DNA of 58,856 bases, counting the filler, from Sluysia triapertura (lineage: Eukaryota): assembly GCA_046118255.1 (NCBI GenBank). It is 5 parts of 5 records of this genome, joined end to end, with 100 filler letters (N's around TTAATTAATTAA, not from the genome) between each part and the next. Parts side by side here need not be neighbours in the genome. Positions count along the whole stretch, not along the records: positions 33,784 to 47,077 come from JBJNIA010048012.1; positions 47,178 to 58,856 come from JBJNIA010180694.1; 3 more parts are not named here. One strand, 5' to 3'. Positions 38,611-52,096 of this stretch are shown piece after piece (within the stretch, counting starts at the first letter, position 1; each line of letters begins with the position of its first letter). The position numbers and the translations under genes are program-made. A model generated the notes under the pieces. The model worked only from the letters and a program-made list of their open reading frames with translations, did no database searches and had not been told where the DNA came from.

Positions 38611-39292
38611 TGTTCAACGGTTTCAAGTTTTTTCTTTTTCTTTCTCATCGCATACATACTTAAACATGAACTCAAATTCAGCTTATTGCACGAACATGAA
38701 ATCATAACAATTAAAACTGAAATTCATAGGTTATGAGACTTAAAATAATAAACCAAAGCTAAAATCCTAACAATACGTAAAATCAGTAGTACATAGTAAA
38801 AAATTAAATAACGCATTACACACTTTGTCGCTAGTGCAATCGCATCACTATTATCTTATCCAACTTCCTCTAATTGTTATCGCTGACTTTGTTGACTTTG
38901 GTACTGCAATACTTCGTTTTCATTCGCATAATGACTGTCATTGCTCTCGTTGCTGTTGTCGAACCCGGTCGAAAAGTCAGATCTCAGTTTTAGTTATAAC
39001 ATGAAAAATACAAATTTCTACTATTATTTTTGACCGGATTATGATTTCATTATTTTATCGTTTTATTACTGTTACTCCTTCTGCTACTACTACTAGTATT
39101 ATCAATGTTATTAATACTATTTCTTAATTTTATTGTATATTTTTACTAATATTTTTATTTTATTATTATTATCATCTTTAATAGTAATCTACTATTGTTA
39201 TTTTAATAATTTATTTATTGTTATTTGAAATAATAAAAACACTGAAAGCACAGAGTATACGTTTTTAAATCGTTTTTTGTTCGAAATTTGAT

Positions 39293-41040
39293 ATGGAATA
39301 TCGAGATTACGTACGTGATTTTTACACATCAGAATCATCTTTAATAATCTCAACTTTTGAAGAAGTGCCACTTTACTATAAGTGTGGTAGCAGCAATTTT
39401 AAAATATTGCAACAAACGGAATGTCGGAAAACCAATAGAAAAATAGGGAAAGTTCAAATTATGAGTTTGTTGTGTGAATTGACGAAGCACATTTCGGAAA
39501 GCTTTATTATGTTATTGCATTGGGAGACGGTTCTACGACTTTTATAGTATATGGGCTTTTTATCGAATGTCCGGCAAATAAATCTGGTGCTTACAGACCT
39601 CGGGAGTTTTGCCGATGGTTTATTATTAAACACGATGGAACATTATTACAAGATAATATAGACATGCCAAATGATTATCAGTTATGTTCAAGGTACTCAC
39701 GAAGATTATACATTATGGACATTGAATGCGAAGATAAATTGAATAAAGGTGACATGTTAGAACTAGATGTCTTTTATGATTTAAATGATTCCAGTAAAAT
39801 AAAGTCGTCCACTGATTCACGTTTAAATGAAATTGAAATTCAAAAATTAAATATTTCCGAGAATCACATTTTTATAGAATCTGGCCAGTGGCCAAGATAC
39901 ATGACAAACGAATAAGTTGGTGCTTATTTTAGTGCTAAACCAATTAAATCTAAAATTGGAAAATCAAAATGGAGTCAGTGGCTAAATGATGCCGAAAATT
40001 TAGAAATTTATGAAAACGAATATTCAAATTATTTTAAATTTAATGCTGTAAGATATAATAAGTGCAATAAAAATGGGATATTAGAAATGATAGATCTACA
40101 CTTTCAAGCGAAAATAGTTTAAATATGAAAGAATATAAAGTATATTTAAGTTCAAATTAAGAAAGAGGTATAACAGTGATCAAAATCCAGTTACCGTTTG
40201 TCATATTGAAACTACAAAAGTTTCTGAATTTATTGGTTTAGTTTGTTGGAAATATACTGAGGAAAATCGAAATCCATGGATTTCGAAGGAATTATTTCAA
40301 AATTTTAAAGTTCAAATGTTTGATGATTTAAATATGAATTTTGGGTATTTCGTTGACACAGATTTGATATATAAATATCAATTTAATGAACTTATTCTAA
40401 AAGATTATTCAGTCTACGAAATAAATTAACACTTTTAGTTATTTCTTTTGATTATAGTTTTGTTACTCAATTCCATATAAATCGCATGGGTTTGGATATT
40501 GTTGAAAATAATGAAATTAAGCAATCAGAAAAATTCAGAACAAACGGAAACTGTTTCTTTGAAATTGGACGTAATACCTGTTGAAATACATTTAGCTCAT
40601 GATATTTTTCATTTTGAATTTATTCCTTCCACTACAATAAACAAGTTAATGAAGAACAAAATCTTTTAAAAAGTATTGACCGATAAATAATGAAAATAAT
40701 AGTATTGATGAATCAGCTTTACTATCGGATTTTAAAGATTATCGGTTTTCAATGGTAAGAGATAAAATGAATAGAAATCTTCGCTCCAAGCCCTACACGG
40801 GTACAAAATGTAAAATTAACTGTGGGAATATCTATGCAAGGACATTGTAGAATTATCTTGCATATATTCTTAGAAGGAACAAATCTACTCGATTATGGAT
40901 ATCAGATTTTCTGGAATCAGGGACTGAATTTTCTACTGTAATTAAAACCAATGTACATAGAGATCAGAACTTGTCTTTTAAAATTATGAAGAATGAGTCA
41001 AAGAATGGATGGCTTTATGCCGAGAAATTTCTATGAATAT
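39293..41040 (+). pseudogene. Decayed ~1.7-kb orphan coding region inside the MEKK intron
   Basis: Overlapping ORFs 39293 and 39520. The latter reads on in frame past TAA 39913-39915 to ~40120, with further coding-like stretches to ~41040. No family recognised. Confidence 0.45.
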
Positions 41041-44000
41041 AACTTAACTATTACGCTTAAACCATCATTCGAAAAATATTAAACATTTTTTCAAGATTTA
41101 ACAAAATGAGGTCATCAATTTCTAGAAAATAGGAACAAAGAACAACAAGTTGCCTAATAATACAAATATCTTTTCTTATTTTTACTCCTTGTTTCTTACT
41201 AAATTCCTGGATTTCTAGATCAAATCCATCTTTTCATCTTTTTTAATACTAACTACAAAATGCCAACATGGATCATCAATATTATGGAAATCACTGTTTT
41301 AAATGATCATATCGGTAATTTAGAAAATTTAATATATTTTTAGCAATAAGAAGCTGTTCTAATGCATACATTTTGGAATTCGACAGTTCATGCAGCGAAA
41401 TATCATAAGAGGTTTTAGATACGGACTTTTACTCAACTTACCCACACACCAAAGCTATTTCATAAAATAATAATTCAGAAAAATAATTCTTTTATTTATT
41501 GTACTTCTACTTGTTTGTATCTTATTTTGTATTTGTATTTTAGTTTACTTCGATATTAACTTTATCATTTATTCTATCGAATTTTATCATTATTGATTAT
41601 GTTTTATATCTGATGCTACACTTAATTAGCTTTATGACGAAACTTATTTATCAAGGAAGGAATGTGAGAATTAAATTATAAAAAAATATAATTTCGAAAA
41701 CATTAATCTTAAAATAAAACTAAAATTTTAGTAATGGTAAAAGAATATTTTAGTAATTTCTAAAGGAAAATCTTAAAATAACGTGAATTCAAACATTAAA
41801 CAAAAAGCAAACATAGATTACAATAAATATAGATTGTATGCACCATACTGAATTTGTAAGTCTTGAAGATTATGAAGTGGACGTAAAAACCCATGATTTT
41901 GTAAAATAGAAATGAAAAAAACGAAGTCTCACAAGAACAAACTAATACAAATTAAGACATATCTGCTAAATGAATGCATATGAATATATAAATGAATTAT
42001 AATATATCCAAGCACATAAAAGAAAATTCATATCCATGTAAAATTTTAAGATTTTTTGCGTTAATAAAAATTTTTCTTGCTAATAATCTTTATTTTTAAC
42101 TGGAATCTCTTAAGTTTATTAGTTATACGCATAAAGTCTTAACCAGTTTCGCGTTATTATTTGAATCCTTGACTCCTACTTGTAGAAATACGAGATAAGT
42201 GTGAGTGTTTTAAATTAAACTTTATATATCTAGTCAATCTTGCTTATAAATCTTATAAAATGAAGACAAAAAACCACTAACAATTATTTATTAACGAATG
42301 CTTTATGAACACTGACAACTAAAATGTTTATAAGTTTATACAAATTCAAACTAATCATCAATGAATAAAAGTGAGAATTAATAATTTATTACAATAACGG
42401 TTTTAAAATTATACAGTAAAGGAATAAAATTACTTAGTTATTTTCGATTTCAAAACATCAAAGAAATTATTGTAATATTGTGACTCACATTTGATATAAT
42501 TATGCTGAACTCTTGCGTCCTTTACAATTATGTCAATTCTCGAATGTTTGTGTTGAATATGCCCATTATTTATAATCTTTTTTACTGCATAATTTTGTCA
42601 ATAACGATTTTATAATCTATACAGTAATTAGTTAAACAATTTATTTTATTTAGTTCATAGAAAAATTATAGACGTACTATTTATAACAAAAATAATCTCA
42701 TCATATAAACGTATAATTTGTAAACAATTTATCATATAATAATTTTTAATTGTATGATTGTAGAATAGTGTATGCGCAAAAATAATAACAAAATCATATA
42801 GTATAGTTTACACAAAAACTATAATTCCATTCCTTTACTCCATTAATTATGAGTGGATCACCATACTATTATTACATTTTATTAATTTTTTAAGTGATAT
42901 ACCATTTTCATTGCATTTTGTTAAATTGGATTTTTGTCAAGATTATAGGTATCAAATATTTAATATAGGTTATTTAATATAGCATTAAAACATTTAATTT
43001 ATTGGCAAGTTTCAAACTTTATAGCAAACATAACATATTAAAAGATGCTTAATTTTTTAAAGATATACATTCAATCGTTTCTCAAACGTTTATTATTACA
43101 TCCGCTTATTTATTTTCAAGCATAATATTTTAAAATTTATTGTATTTATACATTGCTTTTATAATGACAATTTTCACAGTATTACACTATCGCTTTAAGT
43201 ATTATGTTGATAAACACATCATATAAATGAAATTGGTCATATTGTAATAATAAATGGTTGTTATTACTTTATGAAAGTTAAACTTATTCTTTACGAATGA
43301 TTGATAACTTTTTCTCTATTTAAAACTACTCGTAAACTTTAACCAAAATAATAATAATTGTATTAAGATCGACAATTCTTATTTGTTTGTTCAATCAGCT
43401 TTTCCTATAACTTTTTAAAAATTATCTTTTAATTATTCAAACTCTCTTAATATCTATTAAATTTAAAACTTCAATTATAAACAGTCTCTATCTGAAAAAT
43501 ATAGAAGCGCAATTATTTTTCAAAGTTTCGGAGTAACATAAAGATATAGTTGTTAAAAATTTGTTAATTCAATGCTAAAGTACAACTTATATAAAATGAC
43601 AAAAATTTATGCAGAATAATAGCAGTAAACAAAATACTACACGTAACTGTTAAAAAAGTTTGTTTTTACTTTAAAATAATTTTACTTTTAAAAATGATTT
43701 TACTTGAATTTTTTTAAAAGGATTTGACTGGAAATATTTTAAATTGTACTTACGCTTTCATTAATCTTTCACTAATAATGTTCAATTAATTGAATGTTAA
43801 AATAGTTCCAAATATGAGATTTAGCCAATTAAATGTAGCCCTGGATTATTAATTAAATGTATAGTCCCAAATACTAGGTCGTTTCTCTGACTCAATGTCA
43901 AATACTGTGAATCAATATCACAATTGTCTTAAATATTGTTTGGATTACAATTAAAATATAGATTTTCCATAAATTTTCTGTGCGCTTTTTATCTCTTGCT

Positions 44001-46112
44001 TTATCTTGGATACTTTAGTGGAAAAGACGCTTCCCTTATATAGTCCTTGTCTTTTATAATAAAATCAGTTTCTTATGATTGATTTTCTTATTTAATCTTA
44101 TTTAGCACTATAATAAAACGCAATCTTTTATTCTATACATAAACGTATAGAATGTAACGTAATCTTATTATACATTGTTTTTGTCAATTTTTCCATGTAA
44201 TTGTTAAATTCCATCTGTGTCATAGTTCTGGCTATTAATAATTTTTGTATTAAATTTTTTATAAAATATTTCGAACTATAGTAAATGTATATGTGCTTTA
44301 ATGTTTAATAGTTTTGTAGTACATAATAATGTTACAGTAAGTACATATTTTATAGTAAATGCATATATTACTAAGTGTAGATTATTGTGGAATAATATTA
44401 CAGTATATGTGTATCTACATATATTGTATAGTATTTTATTTATAGTTAGTATATACCTAAATTGTTGTCAATTTCTATTAGGACATATTTTTAAAATACA
44501 TGATTTGCATTTCTATTTTTAGATTTCGTTTTGAATATTTACAATATTGCGATAACACACATTACAATCATTTAATTAGCTATATTAGAATTTACAATAA
44601 GTATATTTTAAAAAATTTGTTGGCCACAAAATTTTACGAATTATAATTACAAACCGCAATATTTAACAAGCGATATTTTCATGCATTAGTTGTAAGCGAT
44701 TATTAAATGATTCTATATATGAATTATAAATAAATTATACTATTTAACATTAGTTGATAATTGATATTATTTACTGATAAGCTCTAATTTTGTATTATTT
44801 GATTTTGTCTGGAAATTAAAAACAACTCGTACTGTTTCATATTGTTTGAAAATTACAGGTTCATATATTCTGTAAATGTTATAGTATTATTCTGTGAAAA
44901 CTATAAAATTGATTTTTAATAAATACTATAATTAAATTATATTAAAATTAGTAAAGTAAAATATTTGCATAAACTATAGCAATTAGTTGTGGTACCTTTT
45001 GGTTATTTTTTATTTATGGACAGTTAAGGGATTAATTTATTTTTGTAGACTCAGGTGCTTGCATAAACTTTAAAACTTGTACTTCCATCTTTCTTATTAG
45101 ATACAAATTAAGAAATAACCTCCACGATATAGAGACTAATTATAAACCGATTTGATTGAGAGAATTTATGCAGAATAAAAATTATGCATAATATTTCAAA
45201 GTTAAACCGTTTTTATGATAATATATTACAATCTTAATAAAGTTACGTTATAAAGTAAAACTGAAATAAATATAAAATATTTAAATTAGAGTAATAAATA
45301 AGAATTTATTTTTGTTGCAAATTTTATTAAAGAATAATTTATTTTTTAAAATTTTCACAATGGAAATGCGTGGAACAATATAAACTTAATGAAATATATA
45401 TTAAATGTTTCACAAACTTTAATTTCTTGTTGCTTATTTCTATTGAAGATGACGCTTTATAAATGAACTTTGTGTAAAAGAATTTTTGACGATAGTTAAA
45501 ATATTGGAATATTAGAAGCTGCCTTATTTATTATAGATACATAAGTTTGTGAAATGTATATAATATGTAAAAAAAATTCCACTACGAATAAAAACAATAT
45601 TAATTGAGAAAAATAGTAAATATTTAATTTATTAAATCACGCGGGCATTATTACATAAATGAGTACTTTTTTATAAAAAAATTCTTATTGAAATAAGAAT
45701 TAGAAAATGTCTTACAGGTGATTGAGACACATTTAGCTTGGATAATTGTTTCAACTCATTTAGGTATATATTTTATTAAGTTAGAATGCAATGCATCTCA
45801 TTTTAAACATGGTTCTCTACTATTAACTTCTAAAAATATTTGTTTTAACACAAATTAACCTCAAAAATATGAGGTTAGTTATTTCATTCTAGAGTGTTTT
45901 TGAATTGTCGTTAAAGCAATAAAGAAATTCTTTTCTCAAATTGCTGACACTTCACTTTGTTCTAACAAGATGAATTATATTGTTTAAAATATCTAGATTT
46001 TCTAGCATAGTATTTATATATGTTTTAGAATAGTTGATCAATAATTTTTTTGAGACACATATCTGAATCTGTTTTTCTTTCTATAAGATGTACATGACCG
46101 GTGTTGCATAAG

Positions 46113-46166
46113 CTAAAACAAGACCATATAATTATGCTGATAAGCTGGGTCAAACACCTATTGAGG
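46113..46166 (+). CDS. MAP3K2/3: Possible 54-nt MEKK2/3 exon just before the kinase domain
   Basis: Phase 1/1, TKTRPYNYADKLGQTPIE(A), G|GTAATT donor. The AAG acceptor is weak. Confidence 0.45.
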
Positions 46167-46596
46167 GTAATTACTCTTAATTTCAATTATAGTTTTATTG
46201 CTATATACAGTCTGATCAATATGCTAAAATTCATTTATGTGTTTGATTATTCAATCTAGTCTCTTCAATTCCAGTTTTGCTTATATTTTCTTAATTTATA
46301 GTCTTTTAATATTGAAACAAATTCCTTATTATTTTGAATAGTATTTAATTGTTAACCTGTTGTCACTGGTAATTTTATTAATTTTTTGTAATAGATACAT
46401 TTTTAAGCTTCAGCGCCGAAATAACCCTATATTTTGATTATGGGAATACAAGTGGTTAGGACAATGTGTTAAGCAACTATAGCTCTTTTCTGTTTTTTAA
46501 TAAAAATGAGTTAATTTTTTTAGCATTTAAATAATTAACTTCTTTTGTGGATGATTATATATACAAAATAATAAAATATTTCATTTTTATTTTTAG

Positions 46597-46889
46597 CTCC
46601 AAATCTCGATAATTATGTTAAAGGACCATTACTAGGACGTGGTGGTTTTGGGCAAGTTTTTAAATGTATGGATAATTCTACTGGTCGAGAATTTGCTATG
46701 AAAGAAATAATTTTAACATATGCCGGTTTGTCGGGTTATGATAACGAGGCTGTTAACAAAGAAGTAAAGAGTTTAGAAAATGAGATTAATATATACAGTG
46801 ACGTAATGGATCATAGTCGTATAGTAAAATACTTTGGTACGAAACGTAACAATAATGCTATGTACATTTTTATGGAATACATGGCTGGG
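46597..46889 (+). CDS. MAP3K2/3: MEKK2/3-like kinase N-lobe exon; rest of the kinase is beyond the end of this piece
   Basis: PNLDNYVKGPLLGRGGFGQVFKCMDNSTGREFAMKE...KEVKSLENEI...HSRIVKYFG...MYIFMEYMAG|GTTAGT is an STE11-type kinase. Confidence 0.88.
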
Positions 46890-47077
46890 GTTAGTACATC
46901 TAAAAATAAACTGTTTTTTTCTTTATATATCGCTAGTGATAGTTACATTCGTAATCCACGAACTTTAAGTATTTGTAAAAACAATTCACTATACATCATT
47001 TATTGGGTTGAGGAATAATTCATGAGCGTTTTTTTTCAAATTTATTTTAAACAAAAAAACTACAACGATTTAATCAA

Positions 47078-47177
47078 NNNNNNNNNNNNNNNNNNNNNNN
47101 NNNNNNNNNNNNNNNNNNNNNTTAATTAATTAANNNNNNNNNNNNNNNNNNNNNNNNNNNNNNNNNNNNNNNNNNNN
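47078..47177. other. Artificial contig linker
   Basis: N44-TTAATTAATTAA-N44. Confidence 0.95.
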
Positions 47178-47238
47178 AATACACTACTGATAGTGGTTAG
47201 TTTACCAACCACATTGTGTAACAAAATTAATTTGCTTA

Positions 47239-47295
47239 TCATCCAATCAGGACCTATTTTCCTCATTGATTTTTCTCGCAGGCCTGATTGGATGA
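47239..47295. promoter_or_regulatory. Inverted CCAATCAG pair, perfect 13-bp stem
   Basis: TCATCCAATCAGG / CCTGATTGGATGA. Confidence 0.5.
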
Positions 47296-47413
47296 CGAAT
47301 AAAATCACAACAAAAAATTAGAATCGTTATCAAAAATCAAAAGACACACTTTAATGTTAACAGAAAAGATTACAATAGTTATCATCAAAAAAAGATTTTA
47401 CAAAAGTTGAAAC

Positions 47414-47613
47414 GAGACAATATTTAATATATTATGTAAACTTGTTGATTTTAGCAATTTTTCTAAACAATATTTAGTATATTACGCAAATCTGTTCATA
47501 TTATCAATTTTTCGAGACAATATTTAGTATATTAAGCAAGCCTGTTCGTTTTATCAATTTTTCGAGAAAATATTTAATATATCACTTAAGTCTGTTGACC
47601 TTATCAATTTTTC
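47414..47613 (+). repeat. Tandem repeat, 4 x 50 bp
   Basis: TATTTA(A/G)TAT recurs at 47421, 47471, 47521 and 47571. Each unit ends CAATTTTTC. Confidence 0.9.
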
Positions 47614-47629
47614 AAGAATAATTCGTGAA

Positions 47630-48608
47630 ATGCAAAACAAAGAATATGAACAATATGATTTTAGTGATACTCCAGAGAACCATGATAATGTTTTTTATAA
47701 AACAACTAGAACAAATGTTTGTGACAAAATTAACTTTATAGATTTTGATCGATCTGTACAAATGAAAAGTGATGACAATAGTGGATTCGAGAAACCAAAT
47801 CTAGAAGATTTAATTGATTCAGCTACTTGTATAGATTCAACGTCATTAGTTTTTCTTAACAGCACGTGCACGATGTCACTCTTTAAGAAATTTTTATCGT
47901 TCGTCAAACCACAGCAAAATTTTTTGATCCTTGAATCGTTCCAACGAGGAACCTATCGAATACGTTACACCTCGAATGAACAATCGGCTATCCCGAGTGT
48001 ACTCAAACATGAACCAGATAATAACAACAATAAAGATTTACTTACAAGCATTCAATTCCAGAATAACTTATGTGGTACTCTGAAAAACCTACTAGAAGTT
48101 AGCTCAGTAATACGGATTTCTTCAGTTCAAAATCAAGATTTAACATTTCGGACGATTTTAACAATTAAACCACAAAGCTATTTTACCGAGAGTTAACGAA
48201 TCAATGACAATGCTGCAATACAAACTTCGATGTTAGCGATGGATGAATCATTGAATATAGAAAGTTTAGACTTAACACTTAACAGCGTTCTCTTTGAGAA
48301 GATATTTCATGTGAGTTTTTATTCCATATACTATTTGATTTTTATTTCTTTAGTTTACCAAATTGATAAATGGACCTGTGGTATCGGCCCAAGAAGTTTC
48401 ATATAATAAATGTGTTTTCTCTAAAATTTCTTTACTTAGTTCTGAAATTAATGTATATAAATTAAGTTTGTTACTTCTAAAAGAAATATTGTCTTATAAG
48501 AACATTACTACAAAAATTAATATAATTAAAATAATGTTTTATAAAGATGCTAAAGATCAAATTCTGTTGATAAATAAATACATACACATCAGTATACAAG
48601 ACGTATAG
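47630..48608 (+). pseudogene. Orphan spliced-looking reading frame with one in-frame TAA
   Basis: The 188-aa ORF continues in frame past TAA 48194-48196 to CAT|GTGAGT (48310). A 43-nt intron to TTTAG (48353) then joins in phase 0 to the frame of ORF 48363. Confidence 0.45.
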
Positions 48609-48949
48609 CTTAATAATATCTTACTTAGTTATCTGTGAGTTCGTCATGCAAAACTCTACTCGCATCATAATTGAGATATCTCTTAGACCCCAAACTAGAA
48701 ATTCAAACTTTGTCATTAACTCATCATCAAAATTAGATCGACATTGTTTTTACGATCTCAAATCATTAAGGTCATATCTTATTACAGGTTTTAAATCCTT
48801 CATAATAACATTGAAAACCTTCAAAGATTTTAACTTTACATTGCAACATAAATTAACACAACACCCAAAATTAATCATCATGCACAATACAAAAGGTACT
48901 TTAAAAATTGATCATGTTACAAACGTAGTTGTGAAATTATTGATTTATT

Positions 48950-49770
48950 GATCTTGAAGAACTTAATACCAGCCACTTAGATATGCTAAATCACAATAAA
49001 ATCTTTTGGTTACGTTTGGGAAAAGTTTTAAGGCGTGTGTGGGAGATAAAGATATTTTTAATTCTAAAAGAAAATTATGCTTTTCCTGAATTATTGGATC
49101 CAAGTTGGATATGTGATTTAGCATTTTCTTTGGATATTCTTACATGTCTGAACGAATTTGACACATGTTTACAAGGAAAAAAATTATTTGCTAATGACTT
49201 GATACAGAAATTAAGAGCTTTTAAAATGAAGCTTAGACTTTCTTCTATAGATCTGGTTGATTGTAAATTTAATCATTTTCCAACGATACACAACCATATC
49301 TGCAGATATTTAAAAACCAAAAGGTCAAATATTTCACGAAAAATACCCTTTCGAGCAGAGATTCGATTGCTTAAAAAATTGATGAAACGTTATCCATTAT
49401 CCGAAATCCATGTTCTGTCCAAGTTGATATACAATTAGAAATACTTAATTTACAATGCGATGAATGATTACTTGAGAAGTATCGAGAAGAGCAAGAATAT
49501 TTGTGTAATTTTATAAGCAATTGAATAATGAAAAATATGGAAATTTAAAAAAATATTGCCAAAAATTAATTAGTAATAATTAGTTTAACATATATTTTCT
49601 TTAATGAATATAAATAAAAGTATAACACGATCAAGATTGAATGCAAGCCGTCTCAACACTTCGAATTAGTCATTATGCTAATTTGATGTTTTGATTATTT
49701 ACAATTATTTATGGAAAGGTTCATAATACTATCTTCCAATCGGGCCCGGGAGCAAAATTATGGATAACAA
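48950..49770 (+). mobile_element. SPIN/GTF2IRD2-like hAT transposase, 3' part, decayed
   Basis: WLRLGKVLRRVWEIKIFL...FPELLDPSWICDLAFSLDILTCLNEFDTCLQGK...LRAFKMKL. Confidence 0.85.
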
Positions 49771-50102
49771 TATGAGTTTTATCAGTTAGAATATCTTTTG
49801 TTACGACTGAGTCTTTAAGTTCATTCGAATGAAAGACATTTCATATTTATTTTCGTAAATAAATATTTATGATGTAGATGTAAAAATGGAACTTTTAGTA
49901 TTTGAAGTTAGAATTAAAATTATTTTATGTATAAATATTAAAAGTTTTAATAATTCTAATAAAAAATTAAAAAGCAAGGTAATAAATTATAATTTATTTT
50001 AATTATTCATTTAAATTTATGAAAGTATTACATAAAATTAGATTTGATTTTTTGAATGTTTCGAAAGCTTTGTTGTTGAATTATCAAATACTTTAATTCC
50101 AG

Positions 50103-50459
50103 GATCGCATGTATCATCGTGATCAAATGAAAGCACGCATTAAACGTCGTATTTGTTACGGATTACGTGAGGTGTCCAAATATGTACATATGAAACGACT
50201 ACGTTTAATTGTTATTGCGCCAGATTTAGAAAAAGTGGAAGGTGAATGCGGTCTTGATAGTATAGTTAATGGAATTATTGAGCAGTCTCGATTAGTCGGT
50301 ATACCGTGTGTGTTTGGTTTGTCACGCAGTCGTCTTGCTTATTTGGGATTCAAGAAATATCGAGTAGCATCAATTGGAATATTTAATTATGAAGGTGCTG
50401 AAGAACATGTAAAGAAACTACTTTTGGCAGTTGAAGAAGCTAAAGAAAAGTACATCAAA
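50103..50459 (+). CDS. SECISBP2L: SECIS-binding protein 2(-like), L7Ae RNA-binding domain exon
   Basis: DRMYHRDQMKARIKRRICYGLREVSK...VIAPDLEK...GLD...IPCVFGLSRSRL...VASIGIFNYEGAEE matches the SBP2 RNA-binding domain. TTCCAG acceptor and AAA|GTATGT donor. Confidence 0.9.
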
Positions 50460-51649
50460 GTATGTATTTTTAATTTAATTTTTGAATTTGCTATTTCTTA
50501 AAATTATAGACAAGTTTTTGTCGAAGACTTATTAGTGCGAATGAATTTGACAAGTAAATCAATAACAAAATTTATTTACAAGACTAGTCAAGAAATATGA
50601 CAATTTAAAATAAATAAATAAATAGCTGTAGACGGTCTAGAAATGATAGCAAACATTTATAAATTTATATGGAATTATAATTCCTAGTCAACCGAATTCT
50701 TTCTGTGAAAGCAACTTAATTTAATTTAATGTGATTCTGGATTGAAGTGGTAACGATAATAATTAATAATAATGGTAAAGTAATAAATTTTAATCAAATA
50801 TTATTTACTTACAAAAGTGAGGAATATTTTAAATTTTAAAAAAATTAAAAAATTATAAATAATTTTAATTGGCATAAAGAAAGAATGACACACACACATT
50901 GAGTAATTTTATATTATGTGCAAATTTATTGTGAAGTTGAATACAGTGTATGCACTTCTTATGTCTGAAGATTCCGTGATAAGTACTATAGTTTGGTTAT
51001 CGTTTTAAATTCGTGTGGGTTCTTGTTTATTTCATGTCGAATGTTTAAATATCAGACGTATATCATTGAAATCTTAACAATAGCTACAGGTGACGTATGT
51101 TTGGAAGATTTTAATGACCTAATGTCAAAAGTTGAAAACATAATATTATGTAAATTACATTGTAGAATGTTTATGTGATATAAATTGAAGATATTGTTTA
51201 GTATCTTATAGAAGGTAATTTGTTAAAGGTAAATTTTGTAATAGAGTAAGATGTAAGGACTAGCACAACTTACACACTTACGAAAACACTGATTGGATGA
51301 AATCAATATAAATACTGATTCTTTTCAGTCAGAGTTTCACAATTTTATTTCAAAATTACAAAATATAATTTTCTGTCTGATGTAATTTTAGCTGCAATGT
51401 AAGCTGATATTTTCTTTTAAAAAATTAGAAAGTATTAATTATTTTAGGTTTGTTTAACTCATTAGAGTAAAATATTAAAATAGAGGTGAACTAACTTTTG
51501 TAAAATAACTTGTACACTCCAATTTAATGAATGGAAGTATAAATTAAAATCTTACGAGAAAAAAGTAAAGACTTCGCAGGCTTTAATTTAACATGTTCTG
51601 ACATTCGTTAAAAAATTCGTACGTTTTTATTATTTATACATTGAATGCG

Positions 51650-51685
<36 letters not shown>

Positions 51686-52096
51686 ATTTATATTTTGTAA
51701 TTTGTTCAGTTAATAAAAATTAATCGTATTGGTGTTTTTTGTGAACAATTGAAGTAAATTACTGAAGAATTTTGATATCATATTACATTTCTTTATTAAG
51801 TAATCTATGTAGGTTAGGAAGTTGATAGTTAGATTATGCGTTAAGAGTTAGCACTTTTAGTTACGGAATAGCCATATACCGTAGCCGAACGGTACTGAAA
51901 TTTCCAGTAGGTTAGTATTAAGAAGGCTAATGCACATATTTAATGCACGTATTTAAGGTCTTGTTGTCGTATTATGCAGCTAGTTTGTTTTATTAATTTC
52001 GATATTTCAACATTAGTTTCTTTTTCAAATATTTTGTTATTGATTTAATTGAAATTTATTTGTTAAATTCATAATGCATATTATATTAAATTATAG

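Noticed and set aside
41790-44520. Coding-like scraps in the long MEKK intron
   Set aside because: No continuous frame or recognisable motif.
47414-47613. CRISPR-like appearance of the 50-bp array
   Set aside because: The units are homologous along their whole length with no unique spacers, the context is eukaryotic, and there are no cas genes.
38230-49770. 5' and 3' SPIN-like fragments as one element spanning the MEKK kinase exon
   Set aside because: They lie on different pieces separated by the linker at 47078.
17390-50096. Recurrent single in-frame TAA in long frames (418, 17390, 39913, 48194, ~50094) suggesting stop-codon reassignment
   Set aside because: AUH terminates with TAA at the homologous C-terminus, and the conserved MEKK, SBP2 and AGFG exons contain no internal TAA. 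Several of the same orphan frames also carry frameshifts. Ordinary decay under AT pressure explains it.
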